Source: Eledone cirrhosa
Lineage: Eukaryota
DNA: 64,000 bases
Assembly: GCA_964016885.1 (NCBI GenBank)
Contig: OZ024745.1
Location: 10,168,001 to 10,232,000, forward strand
Reading direction: 5' to 3'
The notes under the pieces are model-generated. The model saw only the letters and a program-made list of their open reading frames with translations, searched no databases and was not told the origin of the DNA. How positions within the stretch are numbered: position 1 is the stretch's first letter; every line of letters starts with the position of its first letter. This document shows, piece by piece, positions 15,401 to 28,749 of the stretch. The position numbers and the translations under genes were made by a program.

Positions 15401-18400
15401 TGACATATAGTACCAACCGAGTACTAGGGTTGACATAATATAGTACCAACCTAGTACTAGGGTTGACATAATATAGTACCAACCTAGTACTAGGATTGAC
15501 ATAATATAGTACCAACCTAGTACTAGGGTTGACATATAGTACCAACCTAGTATTAGGGTTGACATATAGTACCAACCTAGTGCTTGGGTTGACATATAGT
15601 ACCAACCTAGTACTAGGGTTGACATAATATAGTACCAACCTAGTACTAGGGTTGACATATAGTACCAACCTAGTACGTGGGTTGACATATAGTACCAACC
15701 TAGTACGTGGGTTGACATATAGTACCAACCTAGTACTTGGGTTGACATATAGTACCAACCTAGTACTAGGGTTGACATGATATAGTACCAACCTAGTACT
15801 AGGGTTGACATAATATAGTACCAACCTAGTACTAGGATTGACATAATATAGTACCAACCTAGTACTAGGGTTAACATATAGTACCAACCTAGTACGTCGG
15901 TTGACATATAGTACCAACCTAGTACTTGGGTTGACATATAGTACCAACCTAGTACTAGGGTTGACATAATATAGTACCAACCTAGTACTAGGGTTGACAA
16001 AATATAGTACCAACCTAGTACTAGGGTTGACATAATATAGTACCAACCTAGTACTAGGGTTGACATAATATAGTACCAACCTAGTACTAGGGTTGACATA
16101 TAGTACCAACCTAGTACTTGGGTTGACATATAGAACCAACCTAGTACTAGGGTTGACATAATATAGCACCAACCTAGTACTAGGGTTGACATATAGTACC
16201 AACCTAGTACGTGGGTTGACATATAGTACCAACCTAGTACTAGGGTTGACATATAGTACCAACCTAGTACTAGGGTTGACATATAGTACCAACCTAGTAT
16301 TAGGGTTGACATATAGTACCAACCTAGTACTTGGGTTGACATATAGTACCAACCTAATACTTGGGTTGACATATAGTACCAACCTAGTACTAGGGTTGAC
16401 ATGATATAGTACCAACCTAGTACTAGGGTTGACATAATATAGTACCAACCTAGTACTAGGATTGACATAATATAGTACCAACCTAGTACTAGGGTTGACA
16501 TATAGTACCAACCTAGTACGTCGGTTGACATATAGTACCAACCTAGTACTTGGGTTGACATATAGTACCAACCTAGTACTAGGGTTGACATAATATAGTA
16601 CCAACCTAGTACTAGGGTTGACATAATATAGTACCAACCTAGTACTAGGGTTGACATAATATAGTACCAACCTAGTACTAGGGTTGACATAATATAGTAC
16701 CAACCTAGTACTAGGGTTGACATAATATAGTACCAACCTAGTACTAGGGTTGACATATAGTACCAACCTAGTACGTGGGTTGACATATAGTACCAACCTA
16801 GTACTTGGGTTGACATATAGTACCAACCTAGTACTAGGGTTGACATAATATAGTACCAACCTAGTACTTGGGTTGACATAGTACCAACCTAGTACTAGGG
16901 TTGACATATAGTACCAATCTAGTACTTGGGTTGACATATAGTACCAACCTAGTACTAGGGTTGACACAATATAGTACCAACCTAGTACTAGGGTTGACAT
17001 ATAGTACCAACCTAGTACTAGGGTTGACATAATATAGTACCAATCTAGTACTAGGGTTGACATATAGTACCAACCTAGTACTTGGGTTGACATAATATAG
17101 TACCAATCTAGTACTAGGGTTGACATATAGTACCAACCTAGTACTAGGGTTGACATAATATAGTACCATTCTAGTACTAGGGTTGACATATAGTACCAAC
17201 CTAGTACTAGGGTTGACATATAGTACCAACCGAGTACTAGGGTTGACATAATATAGTACCAATCTAGTACTAGGGTTGACATATAGTACCGACCTAGTAC
17301 TAGGGTTGACATAGTACCAACCTAGTACTTGGGTTGACATATAGTACCAACCGAGTACTAGGGTTGACATAATATAGTACCAACCTAGTACTAGGGTTGA
17401 CATAATATAGTACCAACCTAGTACTAGGATTGACATAATATAGTACCAACCTAGTACTAGGGTTGACATATAGTACCAACCTAGTATTAGGGTTGACATA
17501 TAGTACCAACCTAGTGCTTGGGTTGACATATAGTACCAACCTAGTACTAGGGTTGACATAATATAGTACCAACCTAGTACTAGGGTTGACATATAGTACC
17601 AACCTAGTACGTGGGTTGACATATAGTACCAACCTAGTACGTGGGTTGACATATAGTACCAACCTAGTACTTGGGTTGACATATAGTACCAACCTAGTAC
17701 TAGGGTTGACATGATATAGTACCAACCTAGTACTAGGGTTGACATAATATAGTACCAACCTAGTACTAGGATTGACATAATATAGTACCAACCTAGTACT
17801 AGGGTTAACATATAGTACCAACCTAGTACGTCGGTTGACATATAGTACCAACCTAGTACTTGGGTTGACATATAGTACCAACCTAGTACTAGGGTTGACA
17901 TAATATAGTACCAACCTAGTACTAGGGTTGACAAAATATAGTACCAACCTAGTACTAGGGTTGACATAATATAGTACCAACCTAGTACTAGGGTTGACAT
18001 AATATAGTACCAACCTAGTACTAGGGTTGACATATAGTACCAACCTAGTACTTGGGTTGACATATAGAACCAACCTAGTACTAGGGTTGACATAATATAG
18101 CACCAACCTAGTACTAGGGTTGACATATAGTACCAACCTAGTACGTGGGTTGACATATAGTACCAACCTAGTACTAGGGTTGACATATAGTACCAACCTA
18201 GTACTAGGGTTGACATATAGTACCAACCTAGTATTAGGGTTGACATATAGTACCAACCTAGTACTTGGGTTGACATATAGTACCAACCTAATACTTGGGT
18301 TGACATATAGTACCAACCTAGTACTAGGGTTGACATGATATAGTACCAACCTAGTACTAGGGTTGACATAATATAGTACCAACCTAGTACTAGGATTGAC

Positions 18401-21400
18401 ATAATATAGTACCAACCTAGTACTAGGGTTGACATATAGTACCAACCTAGTACGTCGGTTGACATATAGTACCAACCTAGTACTTGGGTTGACATATAGT
18501 ACCAACCTAGTACTAGGGTTGACATAATATAGTACCAACCTAGTACTAGGGTTGACATAATATAGTACCAACCTAGTACTAGGGTTGACATAATATAGTA
18601 CCAACCTAGTACTAGGGTTGACATAATATAGTACCAACCTAGTACTAGGGTTGACATAATATAGTACCAACCTAGTACTAGGGTTGACATATAGTACCAA
18701 CCTAGTACGTGGGTTGACATATAGTACCAACCTAGTACTAGGGTTGACATATAGTACCAACCTAGTACTAGGGTTGACATATAGTACCAACCTAGTATTA
18801 GGGTTGACATATAGTACCAACCTAGTACTTGGGTTGACATATAGTACCAACCTAATACTTGGGTTGACATATAGTACCAACCTAGTACTAGGGTTGACAT
18901 GATATAGTACCAACCTAGTACTAGGGTTGACATAATATAGTACCAACCTAGTACTAGGATTGACATAATATAGTACCAACCTAGTACTAGGGTTGACATA
19001 TAGTACCAACCTAGTACGTCGGTTGACATATAGTACCAACCTAGTACTTGGGTTGACATATAGTACCAACCTAGTACTAGGGTTGACATAATATAGTACC
19101 AACCTAGTACTAGGGTTGACATAATATAGTACCAACCTAGTACTAGGGTTGACATAATATAGTACCAACCTAGTACTAGGGTTGACATAATATAGTACCA
19201 ACCTAGTACTAGGGTTGACATAATATAGTACCAACCTAGTACTAGGGTTGACATATAGTACCAACCTAGTACGTGGGTTGACATATAGTACCAACCTAGT
19301 ACTTGGGTTGACATATAGTACCAACCTAGTACTAGGGTTGACATAATATAGTACCAACCTAGTACTTGGGTTGACATAGTACCAACCTAGTACTAGGGTT
19401 GACATATAGTACCAATCTAGTACTTGGGTTGACATATAGTACCAACCTAGTACTAGGGTTGACACAATATAGTACCAACCTAGTACTAGGGTTGACATAT
19501 AGTACCAACCTAGTACTAGGGTTGACATAATATAGTACCAATCTAGTACTAGGGTTGACATATAGTACCAACCTAGTACTTGGGTTGACATAATATAGTA
19601 CCAATCTAGTACTAGGGTTGACATATAGTACCAACCTAGTACTAGGGTTGACATAATATAGTACCATTCTAGTACTAGGGTTGACATATAGTACCAACCT
19701 AGTACTAGGGTTGACATATAGTACCAACCGAGTACTAGGGTTGACATAATATAGTACCAATCTAGTACTAGGGTTGACATATAGTACCGACCTAGTACTA
19801 GGGTTGACATAGTACCAACCTAGTACTTGGGTTGACATATAGTACCAACCGAGTACTAGGGTTGACATAATATAGTACCAACCTAGTACTAGGGTTGACA
19901 TAATATAGTACCAACCTAGTACTAGGATTGACATAATATAGTACCAACCTAGTACTAGGGTTGACATATAGTACCAACCTAGTATTAGGGTTGACATATA
20001 GTACCAACCTAGTGCTTGGGTTGACATATAGTACCAACCTAGTACTAGGGTTGACATAATATAGTACCAACCTAGTACTAGGGTTGACATATAGTACCAA
20101 CCTAGTACGTGGGTTGACATATAGTACCAACCTAGTACGTGGGTTGACATATAGTACCAACCTAGTACTTGGGTTGACATATAGTACCAACCTAGTACTA
20201 GGGTTGACATGATATAGTACCAACCTAGTACTAGGGTTGACATAATATAGTACCAACCTAGTACTAGGATTGACATAATATAGTACCAACCTAGTACTAG
20301 GGTTAACATATAGTACCAACCTAGTACGTCGGTTGACATATAGTACCAACCTAGTACTTGGGTTGACATATAGTACCAACCTAGTACTAGGGTTGACATA
20401 ATATAGTACCAACCTAGTACTAGGGTTGACAAAATATAGTACCAACCTAGTACTAGGGTTGACATAATATAGTACCAACCTAGTACTAGGGTTGACATAA
20501 TATAGTACCAACCTAGTACTAGGGTTGACATATAGTACCAACCTAGTACTTGGGTTGACATATAGAACCAACCTAGTACTAGGGTTGACATAATATAGCA
20601 CCAACCTAGTACTAGGGTTGACATATAGTACCAACCTAGTACGTGGGTTGACATATAGTACCAACCTAGTACTAGGGTTGACATATAGTACCAACCTAGT
20701 ACTAGGGTTGACATATAGTACCAACCTAGTATTAGGGTTGACATATAGTACCAACCTAGTACTTGGGTTGACATATAGTACCAACCTAATACTTGGGTTG
20801 ACATATAGTACCAACCTAGTACTAGGGTTGACATGATATAGTACCAACCTAGTACTAGGGTTGACATAATATAGTACCAACCTAGTACTAGGATTGACAT
20901 AATATAGTACCAACCTAGTACTAGGGTTGACATATAGTACCAACCTAGTACGTCGGTTGACATATAGTACCAACCTAGTACTTGGGTTGACATATAGTAC
21001 CAACCTAGTACTAGGGTTGACATAATATAGTACCAACCTAGTACTAGGGTTGACATAATATAGTACCAACCTAGTACTAGGGTTGACATAATATAGTACC
21101 AACCTAGTACTAGGGTTGACATAATATAGTACCAACCTAGTACTAGGGTTGACATAATATAGTACCAACCTAGTACTAGGGTTGACATATAGTACCAACC
21201 TAGTACGTGGGTTGACATATAGTACCAACCTAGTACTTGGGTTGACATATAGTACCAACCTAGTACTAGGGTTGACATAATATAGTACCAACCTAGTACT
21301 TGGGTTGACATAGTACCAACCTAGTACTAGGGTTGACATATAGTACCAATCTAGTACTTGGGTTGACATATAGTACCAACCTAGTACTAGGGTTGACACA

Positions 21401-24400
21401 ATATAGTACCAACCTAGTACTAGGGTTGACATATAGTACCAACCTAGTACTAGGGTTGACATAATATAGTACCAATCTAGTACTAGGGTTGACATATAGT
21501 ACCAACCTAGTACTTGGGTTGACATAATATAGTACCAATCTAGTACTAGGGTTGACATATAGTACCAACCTAGTACTAGGGTTGACATAATATAGTACCA
21601 TTCTAGTACTAGGGTTGACATATAGTACCAACCTAGTACTAGGGTTGACATATAGTACCAACCGAGTACTAGGGTTGACATAATATAGTACCAATCTAGT
21701 ACTAGGGTTGACATATAGTACCGACCTAGTACTAGGGTTGACATAGTACCAACCTAGTACTAGGGTTGACATATAGTACCAGCCTAGTACTAGGGTTGAC
21801 TTATAGTACCAACCTAATACTTGGGTTGACATATAGTACCAACCTAGTACTAGAGTTGACATATAGTACCAACCTAGTACTAGGGTTGACATAATATAGT
21901 ACCAACCTAGTACTTGGGTTGACATAGTACCAACCTAGTACTAGGGTTGACATAATATAGTACCAACCTAGTACTTGGGTTGACATATAGTACCAACCTA
22001 GTACTAGGGTTGACATATAGTACCAACCTAGTACTAGGGTTGACATAATATAGTACCAACCTAGTACTTGGGTTGACATATAGTACCAACCTAGTACTTG
22101 GGTTAACATATAGTACCAACCTAGTACGTGGGTTGACATATAGTACCAACCTAGTACTAGGGTTGACATAATATAGTACCAACCTAGTACTAGGGTTGAC
22201 ATAATATAGTACTAACCTATAACTAGAGTTGACATATAGTACCAACCTAGTACTTGGGTTGACATAATATAGTACCAACCTTGTACTTGGGTTGACATAT
22301 AGTACCAACCTAGTACTTGGGTTGACATATAGTACCAACCTAGTACTTGGGTTGACATATAGTACCAACCTAGTACTAGGGTTGACATAATATAGTACCA
22401 ACCTAGTACTAGGCTTGACATAGTACCAACCTAGTACTTGGGTTGACATAGTACCAACCTAGCACTAGGGTTGACATATAGTACCAACCTAGTACTTGGG
22501 TTGACATATAGTACCAACCTAGTACTAGGGTTGACATATAGTACCAACCTAGTACTTGGGTTGACATATAGTACCAACCTAGTACTTGGGTTGACATAAT
22601 ATAGTACCAACCTAGTAATTGGGTTGACATATAGTACCAACCTAGTACTAGGGTTGACATAATATAGTACCAACCTAGTACTAGGGTTGACATAATATAG
22701 TACCAACCTAGTACTAGGGTTGACATAATATAGTACCAACCTAGTACTAGGGTTGACATAATATAGTACCAACCTAGTACTAGGGTTGACATAATATAGT
22801 ACCAACCTAGTACTAGGGTTGACATATAGTACCAACCTAGTACTTGGGTTGACATATAGAACCAACCTAGTACTAGGGTTGACATAATATAGTACCAACC
22901 TAGTACTAGGGTTGACATATAGTACCAACCTAGTACGTGGGTTGACATATAGTACCAACCTAGTACTAGGGTTGACATATAGTACCAACCTAGTACTAGG
23001 GTTGACATATAGTACCAACCTAGTATTAGGGTTGACATATAGTACCAACCTAGTACTTGGGTTGACATATAGTACCAACCTAATACTTGGGTTGACATAT
23101 AGTACCAACCTAGTACTAGGGTTGACATGATATAGTACCAACCTAGTACTAGGGTTGACATAATATAGTACCAACCTAGTACTAGGATTGACATAATATA
23201 GTACCAACCTAGTACTAGGGTTGACATATAGTACCAACCTAGTACGTCGGTTGACATATAGTACCAACCTAGTACTTGGGTTGACATATAGTACCAACCT
23301 AGTACTAGGGTTGACATAATATAGTACCAACCTAGTACTAGGGTTGACATAATATAGTACCAACCTAGTACTAGGGTTGACATAATATAGTACCAACCTA
23401 GTACTAGGGTTGACATAATATAGTACCAACCTAGTACTAGGGTTGACATATAGTACCAACCTAGTACTAGGGTTGACATAATATAGTACCAACCTAGTAC
23501 TAGGGTTGACATATAGTACCAACCTAGTACGTGGGTTGACATATAGTACCAACCTAGTACTTGGGTTGACATAGTACCAACCTAGTACTAGGGTTGACAT
23601 AATATAGTACCAACCTAGTACTTGGGTTGACATAGTACCAACCTAGTACTAGGGTTGACATATAGTACCAATCTAGTACTTGGGTTGACATATAGTACCA
23701 ACCTAGTACTAGGGTTGACACAATATAGTACCAACCTAGTACTAGGGTTGACATATAGTACCAACCTAGTACTAGGGTTGACATAATATAGTACCAATCT
23801 AGTACTAGGGTTGACATATAGTACCAACCTAGTACTTGGGTTGACATAATATAGTACCAATCTAGTACTAGGGTTGACATATAGTACCAACCTAGTACTA
23901 GGGTTGACATAATATAGTACCATTCTAGTACTAGGGTTGACATATAGTACTAACCTAGTACTAGGGTTGACATATAGTACCAACCGAGTACTAGGGTTGA
24001 CATAATATAGTACCAATCTAGTACTAGGGTTGACATATAGTACCGACCTAGTACTAGGGTTGACATAGTACCAACCTAGTACTAGGGTTGACATATAGTA
24101 CCAGCCTAGTACTAGGGTTGACTTATAGTACCAACCTAATACTTGGGTTGACATATAGTACCAACCTAGTACTAGAGTTGACATATAGTACCAACCTAGT
24201 ACTAGGGTTGACATAATATAGTACCAACCTAGTACTAGGGTTGACATAGTACCAACCTAGTACTAGGGTTGACATAAGATAGTACCAACCTAGTACTAGG
24301 GTTGACATAATATAGTACCAACCTAGTACTAGGGTTGACATAATATAGTACCAACCTAGTACTAGGGTTGACATAATATAGTACCAACCTAGTACTTGGG

Positions 24401-26084
24401 TTGACATATAGTACCAACCTAGTACTAGGGTTGACATATAGTACCAACCTAGTACTAGGGTTGACATAATATAGTACCAACCTAGTACTTGGGTTGACAT
24501 ATAGTACCAACCTAGTACTTGGGTTGACATATAGTACCAACCTAGTACGTGGGTTGACATATAGTACCAACCTAGTACTAGGGTTGACATAATATAGTAC
24601 CAACCTAGTACTAGGGTTGACATAATATAGTACTAACCTATAACTAGAGTTGACATATAGTACCAACCTAGTACTAGGGTTGACATAATATAGTACCAAC
24701 CTAGTACTAGGGTTGACATAGTACCAACCTAGTACTAGGGTTGACATAAGATAGTACCAACCTAGTACTAGGGTTGACATAATATAGTACCAACCTAGTA
24801 CTAGGGTTGACATAATATAGTACCAACCTAGTACTAGGGTTGACATAATATAGTACCAACCTAGTACTTGGGTTGACATATAGTACCAACCTAGTACTAG
24901 GGTTGACATATAGTACCAACCTAGTACTAGGGTTGACATAATATAGTACCAACCTAGTACTTGGGTTGACATATAGTACCAACCTAGTACTTGGGTTGAC
25001 ATATAGTACCAACCTAGTACGTGGGTTGACATATAGTACCAACCTAGTACTAGGGTTGACATAATATAGTACCAACCTAGTACTAGGGTTGACATAATAT
25101 AGTACTAACCTATAACTAGAGTTGACATATAGTACCAACCTAGTACTTGGGTTGACATAATATAGTACCAACCTTGTACTTGCGTTGACATATAGTACCA
25201 ACCTAGTACTTGGGTTGACATATAGTACCAACCTAGTACTTGGGTTGACATATAGTACCAACCTAGTACTAGGGTTGACATAATATAGTACCAACCTAGT
25301 ACTAGGCTTGACATAGTACCAACCTAGTACTTGGGTTGACATAGTACCAACCTAGCACTAGGGTTGACATATAGTACCAACCTAGTACTTGGGTTGACAT
25401 AATATAGTACCAACCTAGTACTAGGGTTGATATATAGTACCAACCTAGTACTTGGGTTGACATATAGTACCAACCTAGTACTTGGGTTGACATAATATAG
25501 TACCAACCTAGTAATTGGGTTGACATATAGTACCAACCTAGTACTAGGGTTGACATAATATAGTACCAACCTAGTACTAGGGTTGACATAATATAGTACC
25601 AACCTAGTACTTGGGTTGACATATAGTACCAACCTAGTACTTGGGTTGACATAATATAGTACCAACCTAGTACTAGGGTTGACATAATATAGTACCAACC
25701 TAGTACTAGAGTTGACATAATATAGTACCAACCTAGTACTAGGGTTGACATATAGTACCAACCTAGTACTAGGGTTGACATATAGTACCAACCTAGTACT
25801 AGGGTTGACATATAGTACCAACCTAGTACTAGGGTTGACTTATAGTACCAACCTAGTACTAGGGTTGACATAATATAGTACCAACCTAGTACCAGGGTTG
25901 ACATAATATAGTACCAACCTAGTACTAGGGTTGACATAGTACCAACCTAGTACTAGGGTTGACATAATATAGTACCAACCTAGTACTAGGGTTGACATAA
26001 TATAGTACCAACCTAGTACTAGGGTTGACATAATATAGTACCAACCTAGTACCAGGGTTGACATATAGTACCAACCTAGTACTA
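481..26084. repeat. ~25.6 kb tandem satellite array; consensus AGGGTTGACATATAGTACCAACCTAGTACT (30 bp) with 33-bp (CATAATATAG) and 28-bp (CATAG) variants
   Basis: Uninterrupted head-to-tail repetition throughout; roughly 800+ units estimated from length; each unit contains the palindrome CCTAGTACTAGG. Confidence 0.99.
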
Positions 26085-26175
26085 GTGTCAATATAGTATA
26101 GTACCGGTAATGCACTAGGGTTGATATAATCAACTTCGTCATCCTCCAAAACTGCTAGGTTTGTGAAACAATATA
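26085..26175 (+). mobile_element. 3' half of the S1 SINE copy that hosts the array
   Basis: GTACCGGTAATGCACTAGGGTTGATATAATCAACTTCGTCATCCTCCAAAACTGCT matches the S1 continuation at 76-135 (GCACCAGTAATGCACTGGGGTTGATTTAATCAACTTTCTCCTCCC). Confidence 0.75.
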
Positions 26176-26892
26176 TATTGTAATAGTCACCTCTTACAGT
26201 ATTTCCAACCTCAAATGACAATACTTTCCAGAGTTATGGAGGAGTGGAAAATAGCTAGGAAGCTCTCAGGGAACAGAGTTGTATGTGACTTGGGCAATCA
26301 TTTACAACCGAATGTCCTTCCTGATACCAACCCTTTTAATAGGGAGAGCTTCCTTCAACAGAAGAAGGTTCTGGATCGGATTATGCTTTGATATAAAGTT
26401 TTCATCACATCTAATTTCCATTGAGCTTTTTACAGAACAAAATCAAGATGTATTTCATTTTTATACGAGTTTCTATCCAGATTAAATGACTCCACCTAAT
26501 TTGTTGCACATTCAGATAATTGAATGCAGTACAATTATTTCTGATGCATTTGTGATTCTCTGCAAACAAATGCTGGAAATATAGAACTTTTACTGGTTAA
26601 GAGAGACTCTTAAAAACATCTAAATTTCTTATCTTGCAGATAATAATAATGATAATGAACCTTACAAGGACATTTACTGTTGTTTGTGCCCTTGTGACAT
26701 TTGTATGACAATTCATTGTAAAATGTGTGTATTATCAAATATTGTCTCAGGTGTCAGGTTAACACTCAGCATGATTTGGGAAAGAAGCAGAATTCAAAGG
26801 AACTTTCAAATAATAATAATAATCCCAATGGGTTGAAGCCTCAGTAATATTAAATCAAATGACAAAACATTGCTGCCTTCCAATAATAATAG

Positions 26893-27058
26893 TTGTTTCT
26901 ACTTTTGGCACAAGGCCAGCAATTACCCAGTGTATTACTGGTACTTTATTTTATCGACCCCGTAAGGATGAAAGGCAAAGTTAACCTCGGCATGGCAAGA
27001 GCCGTAACTCTATGCGTCAAAGCATGGCGTCCGAGCCCTTACCGATACTGCCAATCCA
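26893..27058 (-). mobile_element. S1 SINE-like copy, inverted
   Basis: Reverse complement reads GGCAGTATCGGTAAGGGCTCGGACGCCATGCTTTGACGCATAGAGTTACGGC...GTACCAGTAATACACTGGG, matching 165-345. Confidence 0.8.
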
Positions 27059-27214
27059 CAATAATAATAATAATAATAATGAAACAGTTACCTTAATCTT
27101 AACAAGAAGTCGCTGCTCATTATTGGCCTTCAAGTTCTCACTGTCATCTAAAATATTTTCTAGTTCCTGAGGTTAAAAAAAAGCAAAATATGATTATTTG
27201 TTATGCTCTCTCTC

Positions 27215-27308
27215 CCCTCGTACGGACGTATAACATACACACATGCTTACGCACGTCTTCACCCTCGTACGGACGTATAACACACACACATGCTTACGCA
27301 CGTCTTCA
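27215..27308. repeat. 47-bp tandem duplication (2 copies)
   Basis: CCCTCGTACGGACGTATAACAYACACACATGCTTACGCACGTCTTCA at 27215 and 27262. Confidence 0.9.
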
Positions 27309-27520
27309 AGTATAGCTCTTTTTACAAAACGTTTTTTTTTCCATTCCGTGTAGACGCGCTCCATCATCCACTTTTCTAAAAAGTAAACCATACACAAAAC
27401 GCCAGCACCAACAGTTTTGCAAGAGATGTCAACATGAATGGACCTGTTATTTTTTATCTAAAGACATTTTTTCCAATTCCAACCCGCCCGTCCCCTCAAT
27501 CCATCTTATTTCTCATTCTT

Positions 27521-27556
27521 TCTTCTGATGAAGGACTAGCGTCCGAAACGTTAAGA
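27521..27556 (+). ncRNA. Minimal type I hammerhead ribozyme motif (Penelope-like element pseudo-LTR)
   Basis: TCTT-CTGATGA-A-GGAC(TAGC)GTCC-GAAAC-GTT-AAGA: catalytic boxes CUGAUGA and GAAA, 4-bp stem II, palindromic AACGTT stem III, stem I TCTT/AAGA. Confidence 0.75.
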
Positions 27557-27649
27557 CCCTCTTCCTGCTATTTCAAGCGTTAACCTAATATATCTCTTCC
27601 ATATACTGTACTGATTGTGTTGTTATTTCTGTTTACCTTTTACATACAT

Positions 27650-27708
<59 letters not shown>

Positions 27709-27711
<3 letters not shown>

Positions 27712-27921
27712 TTTCATTCATCATCATCATCATTTCATTTTACGTCCGCTTTTTCCCTGCTTGCAAGGGTGGGACGGTAACTGATTTTGGCTTGATTTCT
27801 ACAGCTGGATGCCCTTCCTAACACCAACCTCATTTACAGTGAGTTCTGGGTGCTTTTTTGCCGTGGCACCTACACGACCACTTTGCAGTGGAATGATATG
27901 GACCCCAGTCCCTATCATCTC

Positions 27922-27923
<2 letters not shown>
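27709..27923 (-). mobile_element. 5'-truncated SINE (family S2, short RTE tail) inserted in a (TA)n tract
   Basis: Matches 52478-52675; (CAT)n tail; (TA)n on both sides. Confidence 0.85.
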
Positions 27924-27998
<75 letters not shown>

Positions 27999-28408
27999 TT
28001 GTTCCTACACAGCTTTCAGCTACCAAATTCACACACAAGCCACTGTTGGGCACAAGTGTTATAGTAAATGACACATGCCCAAGGTTCTACACAGTGGAAT
28101 CAAACTTAAAACTAAAATCAAGAATTCTCATCTTGGTCCTAAGAACATATCTTCTGTAGGTTTCAATTTACTCTGTTATATTGTTAGTTATCACAATACT
28201 TTCAGTGATAACTATATTACAGCTGAATTACATTGAAGAAGACAGAAGAATATATCTTGCTAGGACCAATATTACAACTCTTAAATATATCCAGCAAGGA
28301 CCAATATTAGAACTCTTGAATATATGGTGCCATAAAAGATATATGATAAAAACAATCCAAGAACAAATGGAAAATTAAAAAAGATTCCATTTTAAAAAGA
28401 GGGTAATT

Positions 28409-28635
28409 ATGAGAGTAAAATCAAGAATATCATCTATAAGGTTAATTATGGCCATGTGGGCAAAACCGACTGACAGGAAACACAGAGATAGACCCCAAAC
28501 AAGATGGTTGGATAACATCCATGAACTCAGCTGGTCTCACTTGGGGATCCAGCCGTATCTATTGGAGATGTTCGCTTCTGACAGGACCCACTGGAAGGAG
28601 TGTTTGAGGACTCTGCCCCTACGATACTCTCACAA
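28409..28635 (+). mobile_element. Decayed 3' end of another RTE-clade LINE
   Basis: Translation KPTDRKHRDRPQTRWLDNIHELSWSHLGI...ASDRTHW resembles the RTE C-terminal GRP-RW-D...DR--W motif. Confidence 0.6.
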
Positions 28636-28749
28636 ATATGTGGAAGGAAGAGGAGGAGAAAAGAAGAAAAAAAGAAGAGACAAAAAAAAGTTTTGAATTA
28701 ATAAAAAAAAAAATAAATAAATAAAAAGTAGTCAAGTTTGGTAACTAAC

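Noticed and set aside
481-26084. CRISPR array (palindromic ~30-bp repeats)
   Set aside because: Units are directly adjacent with no unique spacers, there are no cas genes, and the context is eukaryotic.
481-26084. Telomeric or centromeric identity of the array
   Set aside because: TAGGGTT resembles TTAGGG only locally and the array is interstitial; nothing in the sequence supports centromere function.
429-26221. Giant minus-strand ORFs (MSTLVLGWYY)n and (VNPSTRLVLY)n as real proteins
   Set aside because: They follow from 30/33-bp units lacking stops. Two overlapping frames are open, 28-mers shift frame arbitrarily, variants show no synonymous bias, and the unit derives from a SINE.
26410-26572. 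Possible next or terminal exon on the minus strand (acceptor TTTCCAG at 26574-26573, HLFAENHKCIRNN...)
   Set aside because: The acceptor is plausible, but the peptide loses coiled-coil character; it cannot be supported without transcripts.
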